DNA from: Polaribacter sp. | GTDB taxonomy: Bacteria > Bacteroidota > Bacteroidia > Flavobacteriales > Flavobacteriaceae | Direction: 5' to 3' | Assembly (NCBI GenBank): GCA_047611925.1 | Contig: JBLFXB010000001.1 | Span: forward strand, 13,103-77,102 | DNA: 64,000 nucleotides | Shown: piece by piece, positions 1-9,569 of the stretch | Layout: each line of letters opens with the position of its first letter | Position numbering within the stretch: position 1 is the stretch's first letter | Program-made: the position numbers and the translations under genes | Notes under the pieces: model-generated | What the model saw: the letters and a program-made list of their open reading frames with translations, nothing else | The model's database searches: none | Told to the model about the DNA's origin: nothing

Positions 1-471
1 GGCAAAAGCCATTAAACGTGTTCGTTCATTATAATCAGAAGTCATTTCATAACCTAAACCGACTAAAGGAGTAGCAAACATGGTGTTTCCAACAAGAAAA
101 GCAAGAGACATAATAAGGAAGTACCAAAAATTTAAGGTGGTAGAATTGTCTTCATTCATTTGCCATAGTAACGCAAACAAAATTCCACTTAAAATAGCTC
201 CTACTAAAATATAAGGCCTTCTTCTACCCCATTTTGATTTAGTATTGTCAGATATGAAGCCCATTATAGGATCAGTCAGAGCATCAAATATCCGAGGAAG
301 TCCACCAAGCAAACCTGCTAAAAATGGATCCATTCCATAAGCTGTTACTAAGAAAAACATAAATACAGCCAAAGCACCGGGAAGTAGATTTAACACAAGG
401 TGACCAGAACCAAACGCTGCTTTTTGACCTAAAGAAACTCTATCTTTTGAAGCTGTTATAATTTTTGACAT
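1..471 (-). CDS. MFS sugar transporter, GPH/MelB-like (partial; 3' end outside window)
   Basis: Manual translation from ATG at 471: MSKIITASKDRVSLGQKAAFGSGH...RIFDALTDPIMGFISDNTKSKWGRRRPYIL, the GPH-family signature. Not in the ORF track because it runs off the edge. Confidence 0.9.
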   Translation of the reverse strand, partial: MSKIITASKDRVSLGQKAAFGSGHLVLNLLPGALAVFMFFLVTAYGMDPFLAGLLGGLPRIFDALTDPIMGFISDNTKSKWGRRRPYILVGAILSGILFALLWQMNEDNSTTLNFWYFLIMSLAFLVGNTMFATPLVGLGYEMTSDYNERTRLMAFA

Positions 472-476
472 ATGTT

Positions 477-1964
477 TTATTTTGTTGGTATTATTATTGT
501 CTGTATTGCTTGTGGACTTATTTCTATGTCTACATTTTTATTCTTAAAATTTAATGAAAAGCTTTTTTCTTTATCACCTTGGTTAAAAACAACAACAGCT
601 ATTGAACCATCTGGGTTCTTTGCTGATGTAACCATTAAATTATCATCAGTATTAGTAAATCCAATGCGTTTTGCACCAGGTCTTATATATTTACTAAAAT
701 GTGCTAGTGTATAATAAATTGGAGTAAAATACACCTCATCTGTTTCTGGTTTAACAATTACAGGAGCTACACACCAGTTTTTAAACCAGTTTGGTCCTCC
801 ATTTGTATCTAAAACCATATTCCAATCTATCCAGCCATCTACCCAATTATTTAAACAACCAATAATATCTCTAGCATATCTATTAACAGGTGCATATTTC
901 GGATGCCATTCTTTTTGTTCTTCTGGAGCCCAGTCCCAACCCCAATCTGTTGCTTCTTTTTTCCAATACCATGCATCATCTTTCCATTTTGGAACTTCAG
1001 AATCTACACAAGCTTCAGTTTGAATTAAATATTTGTTTGGTGCTTTATGATGTGCATATTGCAACGCTTTGGGAAAATACTTAAATGTACTTTCGTACCA
1101 ATGAATTGCTGTGCCTGCAAAATATTTAGATGAATTCACATCTTTAAACATTACATCTACCCATTCATTTAACCCTTCTCTATTCTGATCATATCCTAAA
1201 ATTTTAATACCAGACTTTCCATCAGCTTCTAATTTGGGACCCAAATGGTTTTGCACAAAATCTGTCATTTCTTTGGGTGAAAAATGCATGCTTTCCCAGT
1301 TATTACCATTTCCGTGAGGTTCATTTACCACAGTAATCCCCCAAATATTAATTCCTTCTGCTTTATAAGCATCTAAATATTTAGAAAAAAACAGTGCATA
1401 ACTATCATTATATTTTGGCAATAACTTACCACCAACATACTTTTTATTGTCTTTCATCCAAGGTGGCGCAGTCCAAGGAGATGCTATGATGTTAAACCCG
1501 TCTTTAGATATTTTCATCGCATCTTTTATCATCGGAATTAAATCATCTTGATCTTCTTTAATACTGAAATGTTCTAACTCTATATCATCCGCAACAGGAG
1601 CATAGGTATAATTACTTAATGAAAAGTCACAGGAACTAATATGTGTTCTTGTCAGAGAGTAATTAGCGCCTTCTTCCCCAAAATATGCTTGCAAGACCTT
1701 GTTTCTTTTTTCTATACTTAATTTATTTAATAAATAAGCCGATGATTCTGTAAAAGAACCTCCAAATCCAGTAATGGTTTGGTATTCTTCTTCTTGTAAA
1801 ATAGTTATTGTAATTTCTGATTGAAGTGAGTTAAAGTCAACTAATTTTGTTAATTTATTACCACTTGCTGAAGTTTCATACACGTCTACTTTTAACTTAT
1901 TATCAGTGTTACAAGCATTTATCATCATTAAAATTATTACTATGAAACTATATTTTTTAATCAT
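477..1964 (-). CDS. Glycoside hydrolase family 30 lipoprotein (likely beta-1,6-debranching enzyme)
   Basis: Motifs QTITGFGGSFT, ISSCDFS, ASPWTAPPWMK, NEP (acid/base), TEAC (nucleophile), WIDWNMVL; lipoprotein signal ..NAC. Confidence 0.9.
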   Translation of the reverse strand: MIKKYSFIVIILMMINACNTDNKLKVDVYETSASGNKLTKLVDFNSLQSEITITILQEEEYQTITGFGGSFTESSAYLLNKLSIEKRNKVLQAYFGEEGANYSLTRTHISSCDFSLSNYTYAPVADDIELEHFSIKEDQDDLIPMIKDAMKISKDGFNIIASPWTAPPWMKDNKKYVGGKLLPKYNDSYALFFSKYLDAYKAEGINIWGITVVNEPHGNGNNWESMHFSPKEMTDFVQNHLGPKLEADGKSGIKILGYDQNREGLNEWVDVMFKDVNSSKYFAGTAIHWYESTFKYFPKALQYAHHKAPNKYLIQTEACVDSEVPKWKDDAWYWKKEATDWGWDWAPEEQKEWHPKYAPVNRYARDIIGCLNNWVDGWIDWNMVLDTNGGPNWFKNWCVAPVIVKPETDEVYFTPIYYTLAHFSKYIRPGAKRIGFTNTDDNLMVTSAKNPDGSIAVVVFNQGDKEKSFSLNFKNKNVDIEISPQAIQTIIIPTK

Positions 1965-1974
1965 TATTAAAAGA

Positions 1975-2988
1975 TTATTTTTTTACGTTTGTAAATGCTT
2001 TTTTAACAACATCAAACGTTTGTTTTTTGTTTCTATCAATATCAACAATCCCCCAATATTCTTCATTAGGAGAACCATCGTAAGGAACACCACTGCTGTT
2101 TGGTGCCCAACCTCCAGGATCTTGTTTATCATAACTTCCTGCTTTCCACCATCCATCGGTAAAAGAAAATAATGTTACTCCAGAACCAATTTTATTGTTC
2201 TCAAAAATCTCTTTTAAAATATTTGCATTCGCATCTGCTTGTGCTTTTTGATTTTCTCCTTGTTCATACCCTTCTTTTGCAATTGTCATATAGCTATCTC
2301 CTCCAGCTTCCGATAAATACATGGGTTTATCACTAATAGCTTCCCACTCTTTATAAATGCTTCCTGGGATATCCCATCTATAAACATTCAATCCCCAAAC
2401 ATCTATATTTGGAGAATATTTCAAAGCAACTGAATCTGGTAAATCTCCGTGTGCAGTTGTAACTGGATGATTTGGATCTTTTAAATGAATTAATTCTGCA
2501 GCATCATTCAATGCTTTGTACCAATTATTTAAATCTCCATTAAACCATTCTGGATGATAATTGTATTCGTTTCCAAGCTCCCACATTAAGATTGCTTTGT
2601 GGTTTTTATACTTATTAACATATTGAATAAAAGAACCTGAAACCATATCATAATACCCCTTTTGATCATAACCAAAACCAATAATTACTTTAATATCATT
2701 TTCAGCAAGCTGATCCAAAACCTCAACTTCTTCAATTGGTGTATACACTCTAATGGTATTAATTCCGGCTTCTTTCATTAAAAGAATATCTTCTTTTAAA
2801 TTGTTGAAACTTCTTTTATTTGGACTTCCTTTTGGTACCGGGTGGTAACATACTCCTTTGATGAGATAAGGAGCATTGTTAACTAGAATTTGTCGTTTAG
2901 AAACTTTAACAACATGTTCTTCTTTTGCTGTACAACTATAAATTAATGATACAAACAGTGCTAGAATAATTATGTTTTTAGGTCTCAT
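1975..2988 (-). CDS. Clan GH-A TIM-barrel glycoside hydrolase lipoprotein (GH2-TIM/GH158-like; family uncertain)
   Basis: IKGVCYHP, GINTIRVY, WELGNE, GLNVY, LSEAG; lipobox IYSC; lies inside the beta-glucan PUL. Confidence 0.7.
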   Translation of the reverse strand: MRPKNIIILALFVSLIYSCTAKEEHVVKVSKRQILVNNAPYLIKGVCYHPVPKGSPNKRSFNNLKEDILLMKEAGINTIRVYTPIEEVEVLDQLAENDIKVIIGFGYDQKGYYDMVSGSFIQYVNKYKNHKAILMWELGNEYNYHPEWFNGDLNNWYKALNDAAELIHLKDPNHPVTTAHGDLPDSVALKYSPNIDVWGLNVYRWDIPGSIYKEWEAISDKPMYLSEAGGDSYMTIAKEGYEQGENQKAQADANANILKEIFENNKIGSGVTLFSFTDGWWKAGSYDKQDPGGWAPNSSGVPYDGSPNEEYWGIVDIDRNKKQTFDVVKKAFTNVKK

Positions 2989-2997
2989 AACTTTTTT

Positions 2998-4269
2998 TTA
3001 ATGTTCTTGTAATGCTTTAGTGTATGGAATTGTTACTTCTTCCATTAATTGAGCTGCATCTCCGTTGTACGTTTTTTCAATTGATTTTCCATTTCTAGTT
3101 AAACCTTTGAATCCCCCTTTGTCAAATACATTCCATAGCACATATTTTGCCTTACCTTCTAATGTAAATAACCCAAAATGATTTTCTGAACCTCCAGGAT
3201 TTTGAGCATCTTTCCAGTTTTCATTGAACGCTTCAAAGAAAAAACAAGACATTCCTTCTTTTGCTGTCCAATCTCTCATAGCATTATAAAATAATGCTTC
3301 TTTATATTCGTCCGTGGCATTTGCTTTGTTTACTCCATATTGTCCGTTTGAAAAACTTGCCCAACCAGTTTCTCCAATATGAATTGGTTTATCTATTCCA
3401 ATACTTTTCATGTAATTTTTTACGCTATCATATTGAGAAACCGCATATTCTTTTGCTCTTTGCATAGAAGCATTAATTTTTGCTTCTTTAGAGAATCCTT
3501 CTTCTTCAGGTAGTACTCCCCAAAAAACAGGATTGTAATGTGTATCATGCATTGGATATGTGTGCATTGAAACATAATCAACCGATTTATAAATATTTTC
3601 TAAATCCTCATTATGATAAATTACATCTCCTCCTCCCCAAGACGCAAAATTATCAGAAGTGGTAATCCAAACATCTTTTGACAACTTATCTTTATTTTTT
3701 AATTCTTGCAAATGATTAATCCATTTTAAAATTACCCATGGTTGTACAAAGTAACTTCCTGCCCATTTAACCATTGCTTCATTTCCAACAGCAATTATTT
3801 TAACTATTTCGGGGTATTGATTGGCTAATTTTACTGCTTTTTCAATTTCTGAAGAATTATTTACTTCATCTTCTAAATCATGATTAGGGTTCTCTGTCCA
3901 AGCGCCTTTACAATCTATCCAAGCTCCTAACATAACATACATTTCAAAACTTGGTTTTTCATTTTTCAGTTCTTGAATCGCTTTAAGAACATTTGATGCT
4001 TGTGTAAGTTGAAGGTTGTAAGTCCTTAAAACTTTTATTCCAATAGCCCCTAAAAGTTTTAGATCTTCTTTAATCTCTTTTACTGTAGGTTGAGTATCTC
4101 TAGAATTTGTTCTATAACCTCCGTAAGAAATGGCTAAATAATCTGGGTTTCCTAATATTTGGGATGCAATCATTGGCTTGACTTTCTTTTGTTTTTTTTC
4201 TGTTGAATTACACGATGCTAATACTGCAATAATTAATATATATATTATTTTATTTATGCCTCTTACCAT
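2998..4269 (-). CDS. Glycoside hydrolase family 17 lipoprotein (beta-1,3-glucanase/glucosidase)
   Basis: AISYGGYR, IAVGNEA, IGETGW, FFFEAFNE, ENHFGLF motifs; lipobox LASC. Confidence 0.88.
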   Translation of the reverse strand: MVRGINKIIYILIIAVLASCNSTEKKQKKVKPMIASQILGNPDYLAISYGGYRTNSRDTQPTVKEIKEDLKLLGAIGIKVLRTYNLQLTQASNVLKAIQELKNEKPSFEMYVMLGAWIDCKGAWTENPNHDLEDEVNNSSEIEKAVKLANQYPEIVKIIAVGNEAMVKWAGSYFVQPWVILKWINHLQELKNKDKLSKDVWITTSDNFASWGGGDVIYHNEDLENIYKSVDYVSMHTYPMHDTHYNPVFWGVLPEEEGFSKEAKINASMQRAKEYAVSQYDSVKNYMKSIGIDKPIHIGETGWASFSNGQYGVNKANATDEYKEALFYNAMRDWTAKEGMSCFFFEAFNENWKDAQNPGGSENHFGLFTLEGKAKYVLWNVFDKGGFKGLTRNGKSIEKTYNGDAAQLMEEVTIPYTKALQEH

Positions 4270-4277
4270 CTTGTTTT

Positions 4278-7200
4278 CTACTTTACTATTGATACAGTTA
4301 TACTGTTTATACTGTTATCTCGTTCAAATATTGATTTACTTGTTTCTTTGTCTAGTTTTAAAGAATCAAACATTTTTAACTGTCCATTGTTATAATGAAC
4401 TTCAATACATTCTTTATTATAATTTTTATAAATAACAGGTACTTGGCAATATGTAAAGCTTAACATATTTTCTTCTAAATTGATTGAAGAGAAAGCTCCC
4501 AAAACATTTACATAAGTAAAAGAAGTTGGCTTTAATAAAAACTCTTCTTTTCTTAAAATACTTGGATTAAATTGTAGTATTCCTTCTTTTACACATACTC
4601 CTAATTCACCAAAACGACTTAAAATGTCTTCTTTTACCTGACCTGTCATCCCTGGTTGCTGAACACCTTTAGTATTTGGTGTATGAGAATAAGGGTCTGT
4701 TGGAAAACCTCCGTATAACTTTGGAGATTTATTTACTCCTACTCCTTCATTTATTTCAAAATAATGATCATATAACCTTCCAATCAACTCAGAATCTTCT
4801 GCATTAGCTAGAGCATTTAATGTAACCTCTTGTGCTGCTAATTGTAATTTTGAAACCATGTGCCAATAAATAGAACCAAGGCCTTCATAGCCGAAAAAAG
4901 TACCTGACCTACCTGTAAATGCTTTGTGATTAAAGATTCTCTCAAAGATTTCAAATAACAAAGCAGACTCTTGCGCTATTAATATTTTATATTTAGAATT
5001 TGATAAATTACTTAATGCCGTTTTTAAACTGTTTACATTGTTAAAATCTCCATTAAAATGATGATTTCCTAAGCAATCTTTTTCTACAATCTGAGTATTA
5101 CCATCACTCAGTAATTGTTGCAATAACTTAGATTTTTCTATTTCTTGTTTCGGGATGTTATTTCTATCTAAAAACCCTGGTAATTCTTTATTTGGATATA
5201 AAATATAACTGTATTGAGCAGCTCTAAAAAGTTTACTAGATTTTAATGCGTCTAACACATCTACACTTTCTTTAGCAGACAAATAACCAGAACTCAAAAC
5301 GGCAACTTGACCTTCTAACATTTCTGATAAATTCGATATTTCAACCTCTTTATCATTAGTAACAGTCATTAAATTATAAGCATGATACAAATTATCTGCT
5401 CTTTTATTTGCTTCTATAGAATGATCAATAAATTGCAAAGAAATGTTTATAAATGATAGTAAATTTTCCTTTGATATATTTTTTTGATTGCTAGAAAATC
5501 CATGATTATAAACCTTATTTCTAAAATTACTTCCCGCATTCCCTAGGCCATCTAATATCGTTTTACGATCAGTATCTGAAATTTTGTTTGATAGAACATA
5601 TGCATGGTTTTCTAAAGTGTTTTTTACGTTATTAAAAAAGTCAACCAATTCTTCTGAAACTTTTGTTTCTTCTATAGCTGATTCTTTAATCAATCCTTCA
5701 AAAAAACTAAAAAACCTCCTTAAATAATATAGCGTAACCATTGATACACCATTCCCTACTAATGCATTATTTGCATCATTCCATTCTGGTCTTTGGGTGT
5801 TCATCCAAATACCTCCTTCAGGAATAAAGTTGGACATTTTTGCTAAAACAGTAGCTAGTATTTTTTCAATAAAGTTAACCTTACATATAAAGTAATTTTC
5901 ATCTCTTAATAAAGCACCGTCTGCTCCTAATTCATTCCTTTTTTGTTGAATTTTATCTTCATTTTCATGATCAAACTCTATGGTGTCTTTTGGGTCTTTT
6001 AAGATGTCTTGATAACTCTTAATTCTATAAGGAACATTTGCATATACAAACAAATCTTGATTAAAATATTCATTCAATTTATTTGGATAATGCTTTTCAA
6101 TAAACTCTAAGAACTTTAGTAAATATATAATTTGATGATCTCCCCAATAACCTATATAAGACCATGGATTGTCTGGTTCTATAGTTTCCCAATCAAAACC
6201 TCCTTTGGTAACCCTATAAGGATTGTAGCCATCAAAAGTGGTTGCATTTAAGAATTTATGAATCATTCCTTCAATAAATTCTGGGTACGAATGTGCTAGT
6301 GCTTCCCAATTCTGAAAAATATCTCGCCAATTACCTTCATAATCTAAAATTTTAGATCCATCAACTTCACTTCTCGTATTTATAGAAAACTTATTCCAAG
6401 GTCTACTTGGGTCTCCGTGTCTTCTGCTAAACTTTAATGGTAAGTACTCAAAACACAATCTTTTAAAATTCTTATCATCATTTTTTGAAGCAAGTGTTTT
6501 AATCTGATTCACAGAAAATGTACTTGGCAATTTTTCTAATTCTGTAGCGTGGTTTTTATATACTTTTTTGTTTGCATTAGCAATGTATTTTACAAAATCT
6601 AGTTTTTCGATAGTATAATTATCATCAAAGATTCCTCCACGCATGATGTTAAACATTGTATTAGAAAAATGTCTGGAATTTCTTAATGTATCTTCACTTA
6701 ACTGAATTCCATCGGCAGCTGCAACTAATTGAATTAAATGATTTGTTCCTTTATCAATGTCTTGTTGAAGAATACTTGAAAAATCCTTCTCCTTTTTTAT
6801 CTTTTCATTTAATTGAATGATGGTGGTAACCGACTGATTTACATTAGCGATCAAACTCCATTCTTTTTTCTCTTGTGGGTTTAACTCTTCTTTAAAATTA
6901 ACAAAATAAGCTCCTTTCTCTGCTTTTACATCCGTTTCTTGGGTTAGATTAAATCCTTTTCTGAAATTGCTTACCTGAAGCGAGGAAAGCAAATATGTTG
7001 GTTTTTTTATTCCAAGAGACCAAACAACATTAGATTTTAGTGCTTCGCTAGGCTCAGCTTTATCTACAATAATTGCACTTAGAGCAAAAATACCAAGTCC
7101 AGTATCTTTAATTAATTCACTTCTTTTATAAGCATCAACTAAATTACTACTTGCTTTTTGTAAATCCTCCCCAATTCCATAAGGCAAAATATTTTGCAGC

Positions 7201-7742
7201 CCATCTAAAACAGAAACTGTAGTTTTTACATTTGCATTATTTATAAGGGATGTTTTTTTAACGAAACCATAAATATTACTTGAGTTCCATTCAAATACAA
7301 AAGTTAAATCTAAATCGTGGTTGATTTCTTCGAAAATGACTTTGTTTCCGTAGCTATTCTTGTAAAGGTTTCTAGAAGTATTATAAACTCCTTTATATTT
7401 TGTTGAAAAGGGTTCCCATAAATATTCTTTGTCTTCTTTTTGAACTCTTAGTAATGTTTTAGTTCCTGTAACATCTTCAGATTCGGTAATCTTATCATCA
7501 GTATAGTATGGAAACAAAGCAGTGTTACTATCTTTTCTTCCCGCGGTAATGCCTCCGTTACTTGAAATAAACATCCAATGATTAGAATTACTAACAATGC
7601 TCATAAAAAAAGGACGCATTGTTTCTACATTAGAAATTTTATTATATGTTTCATTTGCTATTAATACTTGTTCTCCAATTACTTCTTTTTCTTTGATAAA
7701 AGACTTAGAGTTTCCTATATAAATTTGAGGTACTTTATTCAT
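4278..7742 (-). CDS. GH149 beta-1,3-glucan phosphorylase
   Basis: 1154 aa, no signal peptide; FSRRHGDPSRPWN, YEGNWRDIFQNWE, EWNDANNAL, GSIYWHMVSKL, QQPGMTGQVKE; laminarin PUL context. Confidence 0.85.
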   Translation of the reverse strand: MNKVPQIYIGNSKSFIKEKEVIGEQVLIANETYNKISNVETMRPFFMSIVSNSNHWMFISSNGGITAGRKDSNTALFPYYTDDKITESEDVTGTKTLLRVQKEDKEYLWEPFSTKYKGVYNTSRNLYKNSYGNKVIFEEINHDLDLTFVFEWNSSNIYGFVKKTSLINNANVKTTVSVLDGLQNILPYGIGEDLQKASSNLVDAYKRSELIKDTGLGIFALSAIIVDKAEPSEALKSNVVWSLGIKKPTYLLSSLQVSNFRKGFNLTQETDVKAEKGAYFVNFKEELNPQEKKEWSLIANVNQSVTTIIQLNEKIKKEKDFSSILQQDIDKGTNHLIQLVAAADGIQLSEDTLRNSRHFSNTMFNIMRGGIFDDNYTIEKLDFVKYIANANKKVYKNHATELEKLPSTFSVNQIKTLASKNDDKNFKRLCFEYLPLKFSRRHGDPSRPWNKFSINTRSEVDGSKILDYEGNWRDIFQNWEALAHSYPEFIEGMIHKFLNATTFDGYNPYRVTKGGFDWETIEPDNPWSYIGYWGDHQIIYLLKFLEFIEKHYPNKLNEYFNQDLFVYANVPYRIKSYQDILKDPKDTIEFDHENEDKIQQKRNELGADGALLRDENYFICKVNFIEKILATVLAKMSNFIPEGGIWMNTQRPEWNDANNALVGNGVSMVTLYYLRRFFSFFEGLIKESAIEETKVSEELVDFFNNVKNTLENHAYVLSNKISDTDRKTILDGLGNAGSNFRNKVYNHGFSSNQKNISKENLLSFINISLQFIDHSIEANKRADNLYHAYNLMTVTNDKEVEISNLSEMLEGQVAVLSSGYLSAKESVDVLDALKSSKLFRAAQYSYILYPNKELPGFLDRNNIPKQEIEKSKLLQQLLSDGNTQIVEKDCLGNHHFNGDFNNVNSLKTALSNLSNSKYKILIAQESALLFEIFERIFNHKAFTGRSGTFFGYEGLGSIYWHMVSKLQLAAQEVTLNALANAEDSELIGRLYDHYFEINEGVGVNKSPKLYGGFPTDPYSHTPNTKGVQQPGMTGQVKEDILSRFGELGVCVKEGILQFNPSILRKEEFLLKPTSFTYVNVLGAFSSINLEENMLSFTYCQVPVIYKNYNKECIEVHYNNGQLKMFDSLKLDKETSKSIFERDNSINSITVSIVK

Positions 7743-7844
7743 TTATATTTAAGTTCAAAACTTAACTTTATTAAAGAATTAATAGTTAAGTTTTATTTCT
7801 ATAAAAAGTAGTTTATAGATAAGGTTAAGTTATTTTTAAAAAAA

Positions 7845-7890
7845 ACAAAGAGGCAAAATTCAATGAATCAACAATGAATCACCCCTTTGT
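7845..7890 (-). terminator. Probable intrinsic terminator/hairpin between GH16 and GH149
   Basis: ACAAAGAGG...CCCCTTTGT arms followed by a T-run on the minus strand; the loop holds a duplicated CAATGAATCA. Confidence 0.55.
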
Positions 7891-7904
7891 CATTACACAA
7901 TTTT

Positions 7905-9560
7905 TTATTGGTAAACTTTTACGTAGTCAATTTCCATTACATCTTCTGTAAAAGCAGGATCCACAGTTCCTCCTAGGGTTCCTCCCATAGCTACATTAAA
8001 TATTAAAAAGAAATCTGCATTAAAAGGTGTTGTAGAATCATTATTAAATACATGATACGAAACTCCATCTAAAAAGAATTCAATTTTAGAATCTGTCCAT
8101 TCTACAGTATAAGTATGAAACTCTGATGAAGCATTTGTAATTGCTATAGACTCTGTTGGTCCATTTCCACCTGAGTTCCCTGGATAATGAAGCGTACCAT
8201 GAATGGTATTCTTGTCACCTCCTGTTTGCTCCATAATATCTATTTCTCCAGAAGCTGGCCATCCCACAGTTGAAAAGTTAGCTCCTAACATCCAAATTGC
8301 TGGCCAAGTTCCTTGCGCAGCTGGTAATTTAGCACTTACCTCAACTCTACCGTAAGTTACATTGTATAAACCTTGAGATTTCAACCTAGCTGAAGTATAA
8401 CCTGCTCCATTCGCTTTTGCAATAACCTTTAATGAACCGCCCTCTATTTTAGCATTTTCTGCAGCATTGGTATAGGTTTGTAATTCTCCATTTCCCCAGC
8501 CTCCTGCGCCAAGATCATATGTCCATTTTGTTGGGTCTGGAGCTCCATTTGTATTAAAATCATCTTCCCAAACTAAATCAGTATAAGTGTAATTAGTTGC
8601 TTTTACTGGTTTTGTTGAAGTAAATTTATGATACCATGCATTTCCATTACCTGCTTGGATAATTCTTACAATAAGTTCATCATCTGTAACAGAAATAATA
8701 TCATATTTACTTGCTCCAACAAGCCATCCCATAAATCCATCATCAGCAATATCAAAAGTTGTCCCTCTATATGGATTATTATTATAAGTACCTTCTAATG
8801 CTGCCTTTGATGTTGATGGACTGAATGAAATGTTTTTAACTCCAAACATTTTAGTAGCTACTGTTGCATCATGACATTGATCACCTGCAACTCCTATACC
8901 TGTTGCATAAGCTCCAGGTACAAAAGCTGGCCCAACTGTTTGTTCAAAAGTAATTCCGTTTGCTGTTCTTGTAAACACAAATTCATTGTCATACATACAC
9001 CCTTTTTCTGCATCCCAAGCTTTAATCGTATTCCACCAACCTTCATATGCAAACTCTCCGTTTCCATAGTCATCTGTTACTGGTCCTAAACCTACATGTA
9101 AGTCCTTATCTGCTTGCCAATACCATTTTTTAGCATCACCAACATTGGCTCCACTTAAAAAATTCTCAGCTTCAACATCTGAAAAAGAACTATAAACTTC
9201 AACATCAATTGTTTTTGTTGATGCATTCCCACCTTTACCATTGGCTTTTACCACAACGGTATACGTGTTAACACCAACTTTAGAGAATCTTTTTGAAAGG
9301 TTTCCAGATGGTGATTTTTCTGCAATACCATTAAAGTAATACACATATGAAAAAGCATTATCTGCATTTACAGTAAAGTTTACCGCACCTGTACCATCTC
9401 CAAATGGATTAGTAGCATCTTTTCCAACAATCTCTGCTGTGACCGTAATATTTGATGGAGAAGTTATATCTCCAAATTCGTAATCTTCTTCTTGACAACT
9501 ATTAAACAATAGCCCAATGAATAATGCGAATACTATATATAAATATTTATTTTTTTTCAT
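7905..9560 (-). CDS. GH16 (laminarinase-type) surface lipoprotein with N-terminal PKD-like and putative glycan-binding domains
   Basis: WPAIWMLG...WPASGEIDIME catalytic motif, GWGNGELQTY; lipobox FNSC followed by acidic residues. Confidence 0.92.
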   Translation of the reverse strand: MKKNKYLYIVFALFIGLLFNSCQEEDYEFGDITSPSNITVTAEIVGKDATNPFGDGTGAVNFTVNADNAFSYVYYFNGIAEKSPSGNLSKRFSKVGVNTYTVVVKANGKGGNASTKTIDVEVYSSFSDVEAENFLSGANVGDAKKWYWQADKDLHVGLGPVTDDYGNGEFAYEGWWNTIKAWDAEKGCMYDNEFVFTRTANGITFEQTVGPAFVPGAYATGIGVAGDQCHDATVATKMFGVKNISFSPSTSKAALEGTYNNNPYRGTTFDIADDGFMGWLVGASKYDIISVTDDELIVRIIQAGNGNAWYHKFTSTKPVKATNYTYTDLVWEDDFNTNGAPDPTKWTYDLGAGGWGNGELQTYTNAAENAKIEGGSLKVIAKANGAGYTSARLKSQGLYNVTYGRVEVSAKLPAAQGTWPAIWMLGANFSTVGWPASGEIDIMEQTGGDKNTIHGTLHYPGNSGGNGPTESIAITNASSEFHTYTVEWTDSKIEFFLDGVSYHVFNNDSTTPFNADFFLIFNVAMGGTLGGTVDPAFTEDVMEIDYVKVYQ

Positions 9561-9569
9561 GGTTCTTTT

